DNA from: Heterodontus francisci
Lineage: Eukaryota
DNA: 64,000 nt
Assembly (NCBI RefSeq): GCF_036365525.1
Contig: NC_090388.1
Location: forward strand, 47,823,159 to 47,887,158
Reading direction: 5' to 3'
The first letter of the stretch is position 1, and each line of letters opens with the position of its first letter. A model generated the notes under the pieces. The model did not search any database. It was not told the origin of the DNA and saw only the letters and a list, made by a program, of their open reading frames with translations. Shown here piece after piece: positions 26,590 to 38,639 of the stretch. The position numbers and the translations under genes are program-made.

Positions 26590-28425
26590 GCTTAGCCATC
26601 TATGACTAGATCTGACCGGACCACATCAAGTGCAAATGGGTCTCATTCTCCTCTGCCAATCACACCCACTTTCCAGGATCAGCCTGGAGAGTAAAGATAA
26701 TACCTGGCTTTGTTTCTCCACTAATATCTAACTCTGCAAAGCCCTCTCTCCTTCAACAAGTGTAAGGAGATCATAGACCAATTTGTCACTAAATTGAGAC
26801 TATTAATTTGGCTGTCTTTGTTGCTTCCACCCATCTCTTGGCCACCAAGCCAAATGTCCCCGTAGACTCACCTACACCTGAAGACTACTGAAGAACTGAA
26901 ACTCATTCAAAAGCTGTGGATGCTGAGTCAATTGAAAGTTTTAACACTGAGACTGATATACTTTTGTTGGTAAGGGATATGGAACAAAGGAGGGTAAATG
27001 GAGTTTAGGTACAGATCAACCATGAGCTAACTGAATGGTGGAACAAGCTTGAGGGGTGGTTGTTCCCATGTCCATTGTTCCACACTTAGCTATCCAATCG
27101 TAGCCAGAGCTTCTCCAGCAATGGTTTCTCTTCCCACCCCACAATTTTCCCTGGATTTCCTAAACTTTAAACCCCCTCCCCCTACCTCATCTACGTGCTG
27201 TCCCTTGGCGACATCATCCAGCTTCCCCATGCACATTGACGACATCCAGCTCTACATCTCCAGCACTTCTCTCGACCCCTTTCACCACCTCTGTTGTCAG
27301 ACTGTTTGATATCCATTCTGGGTTGAGCTGCAAGGTCTTCCAGTTAAACACTGGGACGACTGAGACCATCTTCTTTGGTTCCTGCCACAAATTCCATACC
27401 TTTATCATTAATAACATCCCACTCTCAGTTTCACATGTCACCACTGTCCTTGCTGGCCTACATTGACTGCTGGTCCCCCAACACCTCTAATTTTAAATCA
27501 TGTTTAAATCCCTTCAGGGCCTTAGCCCTCCGTATTGCTGGAACCACCTCCAGTCTTTCAAATGCCTTCCAAAATTCTCCATTCTACCAATTTTGACCTC
27601 GTGCACCTTTTCGTTCTATTGTGCCAACATTGGTAGCCCATGCCTTCAGCAGTTTAGCCCTCATGCACTGGAATTCCCTGCTAACACTTCTCTTCACCTC
27701 CCTCTTCTCCTGCAAGAACCTCCTTGAAACCAAATTCTTTGACTAAGCTTTTATTCACCCCACTTAACCGCTTTAGTCTTTGGCTCGCCATCCATTTTTG
27801 GCTGATTACACCTCTGAAAAACCTTGGGATGTTTTTCAACATTATAGGCTCTATATAATAGCAAGTTGCTGAATCTTTAAAGAGAAAACACTGGTTAATA
27901 TTTCAGGTGTATATCTTGATGGTATATATCCAAAATGCTGACTCGTCTTTTCCCTTTACAAATGCTAGCTGATCTGCATATTTCTAGCATTTACAGTTAA
28001 CACAGATTTTCCGAACTTTGATAGCTTTATTGCTGTAACCTTAACATTTGAACTGAAACTTCTGAAAATTTACCAGCCAGGAGTACAGTTAAATGTCGAG
28101 CCCCTCCCACTCTCTAACCTCCTCCAGTCCTACAACCGTCCATGAACTTTGTGTTCCTTCAAGGCATCATCCATTTCCTTTGTCCCATCATTGGTGGCTG
28201 TGCCTTCAGCTGTCTAGGCCCCAAGCTCTGGAATTCCTTCTATAATCCTCTCTGCCTGCCCACCCTCATTTTAAGATATGCCTTAAAACCTACCTCTTAA
28301 AACCTACTTCCAAGCTTTTAGTCACCTGTCCTAATACCTCAAGTGGCTCAGTCAAATTTTGCCTCAGAACTTAACTGTGGGATGTTTTACTACATTAAAT
28401 ATGCTGTATAAATGCAAATTGTCAT
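26590..28425 (+). mobile_element. Cluster of old L2/CR1 LINE fragments
   Basis: DDIQLYIS...QLNTGTTETIFFG RT motifs; repeated L2-type tails (CTCTGGAATTCC...AAAACCTACCTC...ATAAATGCAA). Confidence 0.55.
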
Positions 28426-29761
28426 CAAAATAAAGGCCTGCAGAGAACGGTTTATAAAAAAATGTCTTCCCCCAATATAGCAGTAACAGCAGTTTTTAAT
28501 CAGTGGGTCTACGGAACACACCCATGGTAAACACAGCTTGGCTGAGCCTCAGAGCTCTGTGCTGAGTCACAGTTACGTTGAGTAGATCATAGGCTGCACT
28601 GGAAAATATTTCCAAAACTTTCAAGTTAACTCAGATTACAAAGACCAACTTGTTCTCGTGGCAATGGTGAACTAAGCAAGAGAATCTGCATTTGTTGTTT
28701 GGGTGTAAACATGTTATAGTATATAGCGACTGTCTGAAGAGTGACTTTACTGCAGTCATTCTATTTCCTAGCCCCCCTCGAAAGCCTTAGGTTCACCAGT
28801 ATGACACAGGCCAGGGGATCCATAGCAACCTATTTTATCATAATGCTAAAATCCACTTTCACACCTAACATTGCCTGCCTTCACCGTTACTTGAGCCCAT
28901 TTATACACATTGTGTTTACCTCCACATTTAATTACTCCCTACCCCTCTCCTTTCTGACCTTCTGATGCTCCATCTTGTCCTAAACACTGCTGCTCATATG
29001 CTATCGCAAATCACGTTTTTCTTGTTCATCACCTCGAGTTCAACTCACTTTTATCTTCTTTCCTAAACTCTTGTGTCTCTCTGCTTCCCTCTTCCCCTTT
29101 AGCAACTTCCCTAAAACCTACCTCATAGGAACAGGAGTAGGCCATTTAACCTATGTTCCAACATTCAATGAGATCTTGGTTGACCTGCGACCTGACTCCA
29201 TATACCCGCCTTTGCCCCATATCCTTAATACCGTTGATAGGTTAACACGAATCTCAGAATTAAAGTTAGCAATTGATCTAGCACTAATTGCCATTTGTGG
29301 AAAAGAGTTCCAAACTTCTACCACCCTTCGTTTTTAGAAGAGTTTCCTAATTTCACTCTTGAAATGTCTGGCTCTAATTTTTAGACTATGCCCCCATGTC
29401 CTACTCTCAAACCAAGAGAAATAATTTCCTCTCTAGCCATCCTATCAGCTCTCCTTAACATCTTGAAAAATGTGATCAAATCATGCCTTAACTATCTAAA
29501 TTTCAGGAAATACAAGTCTAGTTTGTGTGATCTCTCCTCATAATTTAACACTTGGAGAGTCCAGATATCATTCTAGTAAATCTATCCAAGGTCATTATAT
29601 CCTTCCTAAGGTGTGGTGCCCAGAACTGCTGTTAGTAATCCAGGTGTGGTTTAACAAGGGCTTTGCATAGCAGAAGCATGGCCTCCTTTCCCTTGTATTC
29701 TGGGCTTTAGATATAAAGGCCAGCATTGTTAGTTTTTTTAAAATTTTCTGTACCTGTTCAT

Positions 29762-32183
29762 TTTTTTTTTCAAAATATACTTTATTCATAAAAATCTGTA
29801 AAAATTACATTCCCAAACAGTTTAAAACAGCATCAAGTCAAAAAATACAAACAGTGCAAAGGTGATCAGTTTCCTTCTATACAATTGAGTTGCCTCACAG
29901 CCCTTCCATTTCATTAATATAAAAGCAAAATACTGCGGATGCTGGAAATCTGAAATAAAAACAAGAAATGCTGGAACCACTCAGCAGGTCTGGCAGCATC
30001 TGTGGAAAGAGAAGCAGAGTTAACGTTTCGGGTCAGTGACCCTTCATCGTTCCACAGATGCTGCCAGACCTGCTGAGTGGTTCCAGCATTTCTTGTTTTT
30101 ATTCCTTCCATTTCATTGTCATGCCATATACATTTTTACATTTACAGCACACAAAATTTTCCCGATACAGTTCGAGGGGTTTCCCATAAATCCAGCCCCT
30201 CAGTTCAGCTTGGTGGGGAGGATCTTACACTGTGGTCTTTCCCCATTGAGCCTTTGCTGTGGCTGCCCCAAGCTTTAGTGCGTCCCTCAGCACGTAGTCC
30301 TGGACCTTGGAATGTGCCAGTCTGCAACATTCGGTCGTGGACAACACTTTGCGCTGGAAGACCAGCAAGTTTCGGGCAGACCAAAGGGCGTCTTTCACCG
30401 AATTGATAGTCCTCCAGCAGCAGTTGATGTTTGTCTCGGTGTGCGCCCCTGGGAACAGCCCGTAGAGCACTGACTCCTGTGTTACAGAGCTGCTTGGGAT
30501 GAACCTCAACAAAAACCACTGCATCTCTTTCCACACCTGCTTTGCAAAGACACATTCCAGGAGGAGGTGGGCAACCGTCTCTTCCCCACCACAGCCACCG
30601 CGGGGGCATTGTGCAGAGGGGGCAAGAATTCGGGCATGCATGAAGGATCTGACGGGGAGAGCCCTTCTCACCACCAGCCAAGCTACATCTTGGTGCTTGT
30701 TTGAAAGTTCTGGTGATGAGGCATTCCGCCAAATGACTTTGGCGGTCTGCTCGGGGAATCATCCGACAGGATCCCCCGTCTCCTTTTCCCGTAGGGCCTT
30801 GAGGACATTCCGTGCAGACCACTGCCTGATGGACCGGTGGTCAAAGGTGTTTTCCCGCAGAAACTGCTCCACGAAGGATAGGTGGTACGGCACGGTCCAA
30901 CTGCATGGAGCGTTCCGCGGCAATGTGACCAGGCCCATCCTTCGCAACACCGGGGACAGATAGAACCTCAGCAAGTAGTGACACTTGGAGTTTGCGTACT
31001 GGAGATCTACACACAGCTTGATGCAGCCGCACACGAAGGTGGTCATCAGGATGAGGGCCACGTTGAGTACATTTTTCCCGCCCTTGTCCAGAGATTTGAA
31101 CATCGTGTCCCTCCGGAAAATGGCTCGGGTGACCGCCACAGCGCAAGAGTGGGGTATGGGCCAGACCTGCGCCACGTACAGCAACAACGTGAGCACCTCG
31201 CACCGGATGACCAGGTTCTTACCCACAATGGAGAGAGATCGCTGCCCCCACATGCTCAACTTTTGTTGTACCTTGGCTACTCGCTCCTCCCAGGTTTTGG
31301 TGCAAGCCCCGGCCCTTGCGAACCATATCCCCAGCACCTTCAGGTAATCTGACTTGACGGTGAAGGGGACAAAGGATCGGTCAGCCCAGTTCCCAAAGAA
31401 CATGGCATCGCTCTTGCCGTGGTTAACTTTGGCCCCCGAGGCCAGTTCGAACTGGTCGCAGATGCTCATCAGTCTGCGCACGGACAGCGGATCCGAGCAG
31501 AAGACGGCGACGTCATCCATGTACAGGGAGGTTTTAACCTGAGTGCCTCCGCTGCCTGGGATTGTCACCCCTCTTATGCTCGCTTCCTTCCTAATAGACT
31601 CAGCAAAGGGTTCAATACAGCAAACAAACAAGACCGGGGAGAGAGGACAGCCCTATCTGACTCCAGATTTGATCGGGAAACTTTACGATTCCCACCCGTT
31701 GATTGAGACTGCGCTACTGATGTTTGTGTAGAGCAGTTGGATCCAATTGCAGATTCCCTCCCCAAACTTCATTTTGGAAAGCATGTCCATCATGTAGGTG
31801 TGCGATATCCTGTCAAAAGCCTTCTCCTGGTCCAGGCTGATGAGGCAGGTGTCCACCCTCCTGTCCCGTACATAGGCGATCGTATCCCTGAGTAGCGTGA
31901 GACTATCAGAGATCTTCCTGCCGGGTACAGTGCAGGTCTGATCGGGGTGAGTCACCAACTCCAGAGCAGATTTGACTCGACTGGCTATGACTTTGGACAG
32001 AATCTTGTAGTCAACATTAAGCAGTGAGATTGGCCGCCAATTTCTGATTTCTGCCCTCTCCCCCTTCCGCTTGTAAATGAGAGTGATGATGCCTTTCCTC
32101 ATGGATTCTGACATGCTGCCAGCCAGGAGCATACTCTCGTATACTTCCAGCAGGTCCGGGCCGACCCAGTCCCACAGGGCCGA
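29762..32183 (-). mobile_element. 5'-truncated Tx1-clade LINE (RT and C-terminal zinc finger)
   Basis: NWRPISLLNVDYKIL, SLDQEKAFDRISH, LYMDD, CPRGGCGGEETVAHLLLEC; poly(A) at 29762; 12-bp TSD GTACCTGTTCAT (29750-29761, 32184-32195). Confidence 0.93.
29916..30103. mobile_element. Penelope terminal-repeat fragment with inverted duplication, inside the Tx1 3' UTR
   Basis: Perfect 54-bp inverted arms 29954-30007 and 30050-30103; 14-bp TSD CCTTCCATTTCATT. Confidence 0.88.
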
Positions 32184-35100
32184 GTACCTGTTCATGACAT
32201 TTTAATCACATGGACCTGGACCCCAAGTCTCTTTGGACCAACACTGTTTCTAGCTTTTTACCATTTACCTGTTCTATCCCTTTTAGGGTCAATGTGGATG
32301 ACCTCACATTTGCCTGGATTGAAATCCATTTGCCACAGTTTTTCCCCATTCACTTAATCTATCAATATCTCTTTGTAATTTTATGCTTTCATCCACACCA
32401 TTTACATGCTGCCTATTTTGGTGTCATTGGCAAATTTGAATATGTGGCTTTCTTTCCCATCTAAGTCATTAATAAATAGTGTGAATAGCTGAGGCCCCAA
32501 TACAAATCCTTGCAGGACGCCACTAGTCACATTCTGCCAATTACGGTACCTGCCCATTATCCCTCCTCTCTCTGTCCTTCCGCTCAGCCAATTTCATAAC
32601 TAAGCCAATAATTTACCTTCAATTCCAAGAGCTTCAACTTTAACTAACAGTCTCTTAAGAGGGACTTTATTAAATGCTTTCTGGAAGTCCATATAAATAT
32701 CCATAGACATTCCCCTATCTATTTCAATCAACACTTCAAAAAAAATTAATCATGTTCGTCAGGCATGACCTTTACAAATCCATGCTTGCTCTCTGATCAG
32801 CTGAAAATTTTCAAGGTGTTCAGTCACTATCCTTAATTACAGACTAGTAATTTTCCAACAACAGATGTTAGGCTAACCGATCTATAATTCCCTGGATTCC
32901 CTCTGTCACCTTTCTTAAATAGCAGAGCGACATGCACAATTTACCAATTTAAACAAACGAATCGAGAGAACTTCGGATTATCATTAGGGTATCTGCAATG
33001 TTCTCATCTACTTCCTTGAAAACACTGGGATAGAAACCATCTGTCATCTTTAGTGCCATTACTTTCATTACTGTTATTTCACTTGTTAATTTCATAGAAT
33101 GATAGAATGGGTCAAATGGCCTCCTTCCATGCTGTAACCAACGAGTCCATGCTGCCTCTCTGCAAGAGCAAATTTAGCTAGTTCCACTCCCATACCCTTC
33201 CGCAGCAGCCATGCAAATTTTTCCTCTTCAGGTGCTTAGTCAATTCCCTTTCGAATCCCAGCATTGAACCGACCTCCACCACCCTTTTAGACAGTACATT
33301 CCAGATCCTAACCACTCACTGCATAAAAAAGTATTTCCTCACGTCACCATTGTTGCTTTTGCCAATCACCTTAAATCAGTGTCCACTGGTTCTCGACCCT
33401 TCACCCAATGGGAATAATTTCTCTCCATCTACTCTGTCTAGACCCCTCACGATTTTAAGCACCTCTATCAAATCTCCTCTCAACTTTCTCTTCTCTAAGA
33501 ATAACCCCAGCTTCTCCAATCTATCTATGTAACTGAAGCCCCTCATCCCTAGAACCATTCTCGTAAATCTTTTCCGCATCCTCTAAAGCCATCACATCCT
33601 TCCTAAAGCATGGTGTCCAGAATTGGACACAAATACTCCAGTTGAGGCTGAACCAGTGTTTTATAAAAGTTCATAACTTCCTTGCTTTTGTACTCTGTGC
33701 TTCTATTTATAAAGCCCAGAATCTTGTATGCCTTTTTATCCACTTTCTCAACTTGTTTTCTGACCTTCAATGATTTGTGCACATATATCCCCAGGTCACT
33801 CTGTTCCTGCACTGTTTAGAATTGTACCCTTTATTTTATGTTGCCTCTCCTCATTCTTCCTATCATAATGTACCACTTCCCATTTCTTTGCATTAAATTT
33901 CATCTGCCACGTGTCTGAGCATTCCACCAGCCTATGTTCTCTTGAAGTGCATCACTATCCTCTTTACAGTTCACAATACTTCCAAGTTTTGAAATTGTGC
34001 TTTGTACACCCAAGTCTCGGTCATTAATATCAAGAAAAGTAGTGGTCCTTATACTAACTCCTGAGGACCTTCCTCCAGTCCAAAAAAATCAATGGTTTAC
34101 CAGTACTCTCCATTTCCTGTCACTCAGCCAACTTTGTATCCATGCTGCCACTGTCCTCTTTACTCCATGGGCTTATGTGGCGCATTATCAAACGCCTTTT
34201 GGAAGTCCACATACACCACATCAGCCACATAACCCTCAATAACTCACTGATTTTTTTGATGAGATAACAAAATCAAGTTGGTTAAACACGATTTGCCTTT
34301 AACAAATCTGTGGTAGCTTTCCTAATTAATCTACCCTTTTCCAAGTGACTGTTACCTTTGTCCCAGATTATCGTTTCTAAAAGTTTTCCTACCACCAAGG
34401 TTAAACTGACTGGCCTGTAGTTGCTGGGTTTATCCTTACACCGTTTTGAACAAGGGTATCACATTTGCAATTCTCCAGTCCTCTGGTTCCACCCCTGTAC
34501 CTAAAGGAGGATTGGAAGATTATGGCCAGTGCCTCCACAATTTGCAGCCTTACTTCCCTCTGCATCCTTGGAATTGTCCCAACTGGTCCTGGTGACTTAT
34601 CAACTTTTAAGTACAGGCAGCCTTTTAGTAAATTCTCTAACAAATTTTAGCCCATCCAGTATCCTAACTACCTCCTTATTCATTATGACTTTGGCAGCAT
34701 CTTCTTACTTGGTAAAGAACGCTTCAAAGTACTCATTTAGTACCTCAGCCATACGCTCTGCCTCCATGTATAGATCCTCTTTTTGGTCCCTAATCGGTCC
34801 TCTCTCTCCTTTTACTACCTTTTTACTATTTATATGCCTATAGAAGACTTTTGATGTTAGCTGCCATTCTCTTCTCATATCTTGCTGTGTCCCTGCCCTG
34901 ACTCAATATTAGTTTCCTTGGGATGTCCAGCATGCTGACCTCTTCCTCTACTGTAAATTCTGACAGTCATTATTCAACATGTCTGCTACTTTATTTTCAT
35001 CGACAATATCATAGCTATTTCTAGGGGCTACATGCTCCTGACCACCCTCTCTTTCCTAATATACTTCTAAAATATTTGTATGGTGATTTTAATATCTCTT

Positions 35101-35659
35101 GCAAGTTTCTTTACATATTCTCTTTTTTGTAGCTATTACTATTAGTCACCCTTTGCATCTTTGATATGTGCTTTTATTGCATTTTTGTATGCTTTTTCTT
35201 TTAGTTTTATGTTGTCTTTTACCACTTTAGTTATCCATGGCTGCCTTTTTGGCAAGTAGAGCTCTTGCCCCTTAGGGGTATAAACTTGTTTTTCTGTATT
35301 AGAGGCCCTCTATAAGTGCAAGGTGACATTAAAGGAATGAGACTGTTTTTGCAAATCTGTTAATGTTTGATAAGTTGCAGCCGAATCCCACTGACACTGC
35401 TCGCAGTACAACATTGCAGACCGCAATGCTTGTATAAATATTTCAACATAATGCTCTATGAAAATGCACACAAATGCATTATAAAGAAATCATCAGCTGA
35501 AATTCTCTAGGGCTGCTACCTCTTACCAAACCTGAAACTGAGCCTTTGGTAGAATACCTCAGTGGAAGCATCCCAAAGTATTTCATATACAATTAAATTG
35601 CAGTTACCATTCACACATCGAGTGCCCATAAGCAACAATGTTCTGAATAGGTTGTCAGT

Positions 35660-36085
35660 TCTGGCTTAGTTGATAAGTTGGTAGCACTCTTGCTTGATTT
35701 AGAAGGTTGTGGGTTCAAGTCCCACTCCAAAGAATTGAGCACAAAAATCTAGGCTGAAATTCCAATGAGGCAGAGGGAGTGCTACATTATCAGAGATGCT
35801 GTCTTTCAGAGGAGACCTTAAAACAAGGCAGGTAGGTCAACATAAAAGATTCTTTTGAAAAAGAGCAGGGAGGTTCTATCTAGTGTCCTGATGTATCCAT
35901 CAATCAACACCACTAAAAATAGATTACCTGGACATTATCACACTGCTGTTTGTGGGAGCTTGCTGTGTGCAAATTGGTTGCCAAATATCCTACATTACGA
36001 TGATATTTCAAATGTACTTCATTGGCTGTAAAGCTCTTTCAGATGTCCTGGGGTTGTGAAAGGTGTTACAGAAATGCAAGCCTTT
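35660..36085 (+). mobile_element. Deu-domain (SacSINE1-like) SINE
   Basis: GGTAGCACTCTTGC...GGGTTCAAGTCCCACTCC...GCTGTTTGTGGGAGCTTGCTGTG...CATTGGCTGTAAAG. Confidence 0.75.
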
Positions 36086-36424
36086 GGGGCGGCACAGTGG
36101 TTAGCACCGCAGCCTCACAGCTCCAGCGACCTAGGTTCAGTTCTGGGTACTGCCTGTGTGGAGTTTGCAAGTTCTCCCTGTGACTGCGTGGGTTTCCGCC
36201 GGGTGCTCCGGTTTCCTCCCACAGCCAAAGACTTGCAGGTTGTTAGGTAAATTGGCCATTGCAAATTGCCCCTAGTGTAGGTAGGTGGTAGGAGAATGGT
36301 GGGGATGTGGTAGGGAATATGGGATTAATGTAGGATTCGTATAAATGGGTGGTTGTTGGTCGGTACAGGCTCGGTGGGCCAAAGGGCCTGTTACAGTGCT
36401 GTATCTCTAAATAAAATAAATAAA
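36086..36424 (+). mobile_element. HE1-like V-SINE
   Basis: Same family as 1827-2180; (TAAAA)n tail. Confidence 0.9.
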
Positions 36425-37412
36425 TGGAAAACAAGCAGGAGTGTGGAAAAAAAAAATCAGATTTTGTGGGCCAACTGGCCTATTGCTGTGCTATGACCTC
36501 CTTTCCATCTCTGAAACCTCTTCCAGCAGTACAACCCCCCAGGATCTCTGCCATCTTCCTATTTTAGCCTCTTGCACATTCCTTCAGCTGCCTAGCCCCG
36601 AAGCTCTGAAATTACCCGCCTTAATCTCTTTCTCCTTAAAAGACACTCCTTAAAATCTACTTTGACTAAGCTTTTGGTCATCTGTTCTAATATTTCATAC
36701 AGCTTAGTGTTAAGTTTTGTATGACATCACTCCTGTGACGTGCTTGAGACATTTAACTACATTAAAGGTACTTAAATCAAGATGTCAGTTAGGCAAAATC
36801 AGGGATATGCAGTTAAAACAAATAAATGGGGTTGAGGTAAAGATCAGTCATGTTCTGACTGAATTGGCAGAGCAGGTCTGAGGGGGTGAATGACCTACTC
36901 CTTCCTGTTCCAATGGTATGACTGATGAATCTGCTTTAGGCGGAGGGAAAAATGCTGGCAGGTCATCACAAAAACTTACATCATCTTTTGATGAGTGTCA
37001 GACCAATTAATATCCACCTGAGCCGAACAAACGGTTCAACATTTCATGCAAAAGACAGTATCTCAGTACCTAAAGGAAATACTCAAATCCTGCACTGCTG
37101 CTTGGATATACACCTTTTGATTCAGAGACAGCACTGAAACCAAGCGGACACTCGACGCTTTAAAGAGGCGACTACCCATACTGAATGCAAAAAATAAACC
37201 TCGTGAAAGCCCCACACAGACATCAGCATGGGTAGAAGAGCCGGGAGCAGCTGACGCCCATGGCTCAGTAACAACTGCCCTCGGCTAGAGTAGGGAGAAA
37301 CTCTGGTGGAAGTTAGAGGAGCCCGCGGCCCAGGCCCATAGCCGACACCCGCTCACAGCGGCTTCAGTTCAGAAAACACACCGTTCCGAACCCACTCCAT
37401 GCCTCTACTCAC

Positions 37413-37427
37413 CAGGAACTGAAACAT
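37413..37427 (-). CDS. STMP1: STMP1 exon 1 coding part (MFQFL)
   Basis: GGCAGG ATG TTT CAG TTC CTG|GTGAGT within a CpG-rich island; phase 0 joins exon 2. Confidence 0.92.
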
Positions 37428-37439
37428 CCTGCCTCTGGA

Positions 37440-37710
37440 CCAAGGTGTACACCTAAACCCCGCTCTCACTGCGCCGCCTCTACACACCCAACATAGCAGT
37501 GCGCACGCGCGCCCTCATCGGCAACGGCGGGCTGATGGAGCCGCCATCTTGAGAAGGTCACAGTGTCTGTTGGACAGGCCCAGCTACCGGGCAGTGGCTG
37601 GCGCCTTTGTACGACTCATAGAGCAACAAGTGGCGTTTGTTAGTAGGAGAGAAACATTTTCCTTCATTTCATTAGTTGGGAAAGCGTTGACTTTTATAAG
37701 ATGGCGATGG
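37440..37710 (-). promoter_or_regulatory. STMP1 CpG-island promoter with NRF1-like and YY1 motifs
   Basis: TGCGCACGCGC at 37500-37510; CCGCCATCTT at 37541-37550; AAGATGGCG at 37698-37706. Confidence 0.65.
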
Positions 37711-38639
37711 AAAAGGTTCTCAAATCTGGTTGGATGTTCATCAGAAGACCTCCCATATTTAAAAGTCCTGTATAATCAAATAGCTTCCCTTTCCAATATT
37801 GCCACAACTATTCAAAGAAAGTATTAAAATAAACAATCATTTTATAATTTCCCTATAATTTTTCTCCTTGGTCATTTGCAGCAGTGTCCTGGAGATTAAT
37901 TTTCAAGACACTGGGTAAATGGAAGGTAATGAGCTCCTCTCACAACACAGCCTGGTCTGGTACTGAACCATGCAACCCAGACTGTGCTAGAACAAGGGAA
38001 GCTGTAGCCAACTGGCCTGATCATCTCCCAAAAATTCCAGCCAATCTTTTAGCAGGAACCAGTATATCAGTTCCTGCATTCTCTGCTTTGTTGTGCTATC
38101 TCACTTTGTGTACCATAGATAAATCTATTTGGGTCTAGGTGTGGCTGCCAATGTGGTAGCTCCGATGCAGAAGAAAGTAGATTGAAAACTTTAAAATTGG
38201 AAGAATAGTCGCTATAGGCTACTCTCACAAACTTCCTAGTTGCCAATTACAGAGTAGCATTGTTAAATGAGACACCAACCAACAGGTGCCTCTTTTAATT
38301 AACCCCAATGTTATCAACAAACAATCTAACAAAAGTGCCCCCTATTTAAGAGGAGCACAACTAACCCAAATCATAAAAAGATAAAAGAAACTTAATAATT
38401 TACTCAAGAATATTCCAACAAACAGGTGCCTGTGGTTGCAAAAAAATGACAGGATGGGGTGATTAACAAAATAATGACAAAAAAGTAAATTTTAAAATGG
38501 TGACTGTAAAGTTATTCATGGGATAGCTTGTGAACATTGTAAAATTTATAGTTCTCTGACAATACATCAACATAAATAAAGAACAAACCTGAACCCAACA
38601 AAAATATTAAAGAAAACTTGTTGATAGTTTACCAGGTGA

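Larger units (their letters stand above)
29125..35290 (-). mobile_element. CR1 LINE fragments (at least two nested copies), interrupted by Tx1 at 29762-32183
   Basis: Minus-strand ORF remnants such as DRLEKLGLFLEKRKLRGDLIEV and KVDKSPGP; host sequence resumes across the Tx1 TSD. Confidence 0.8.
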
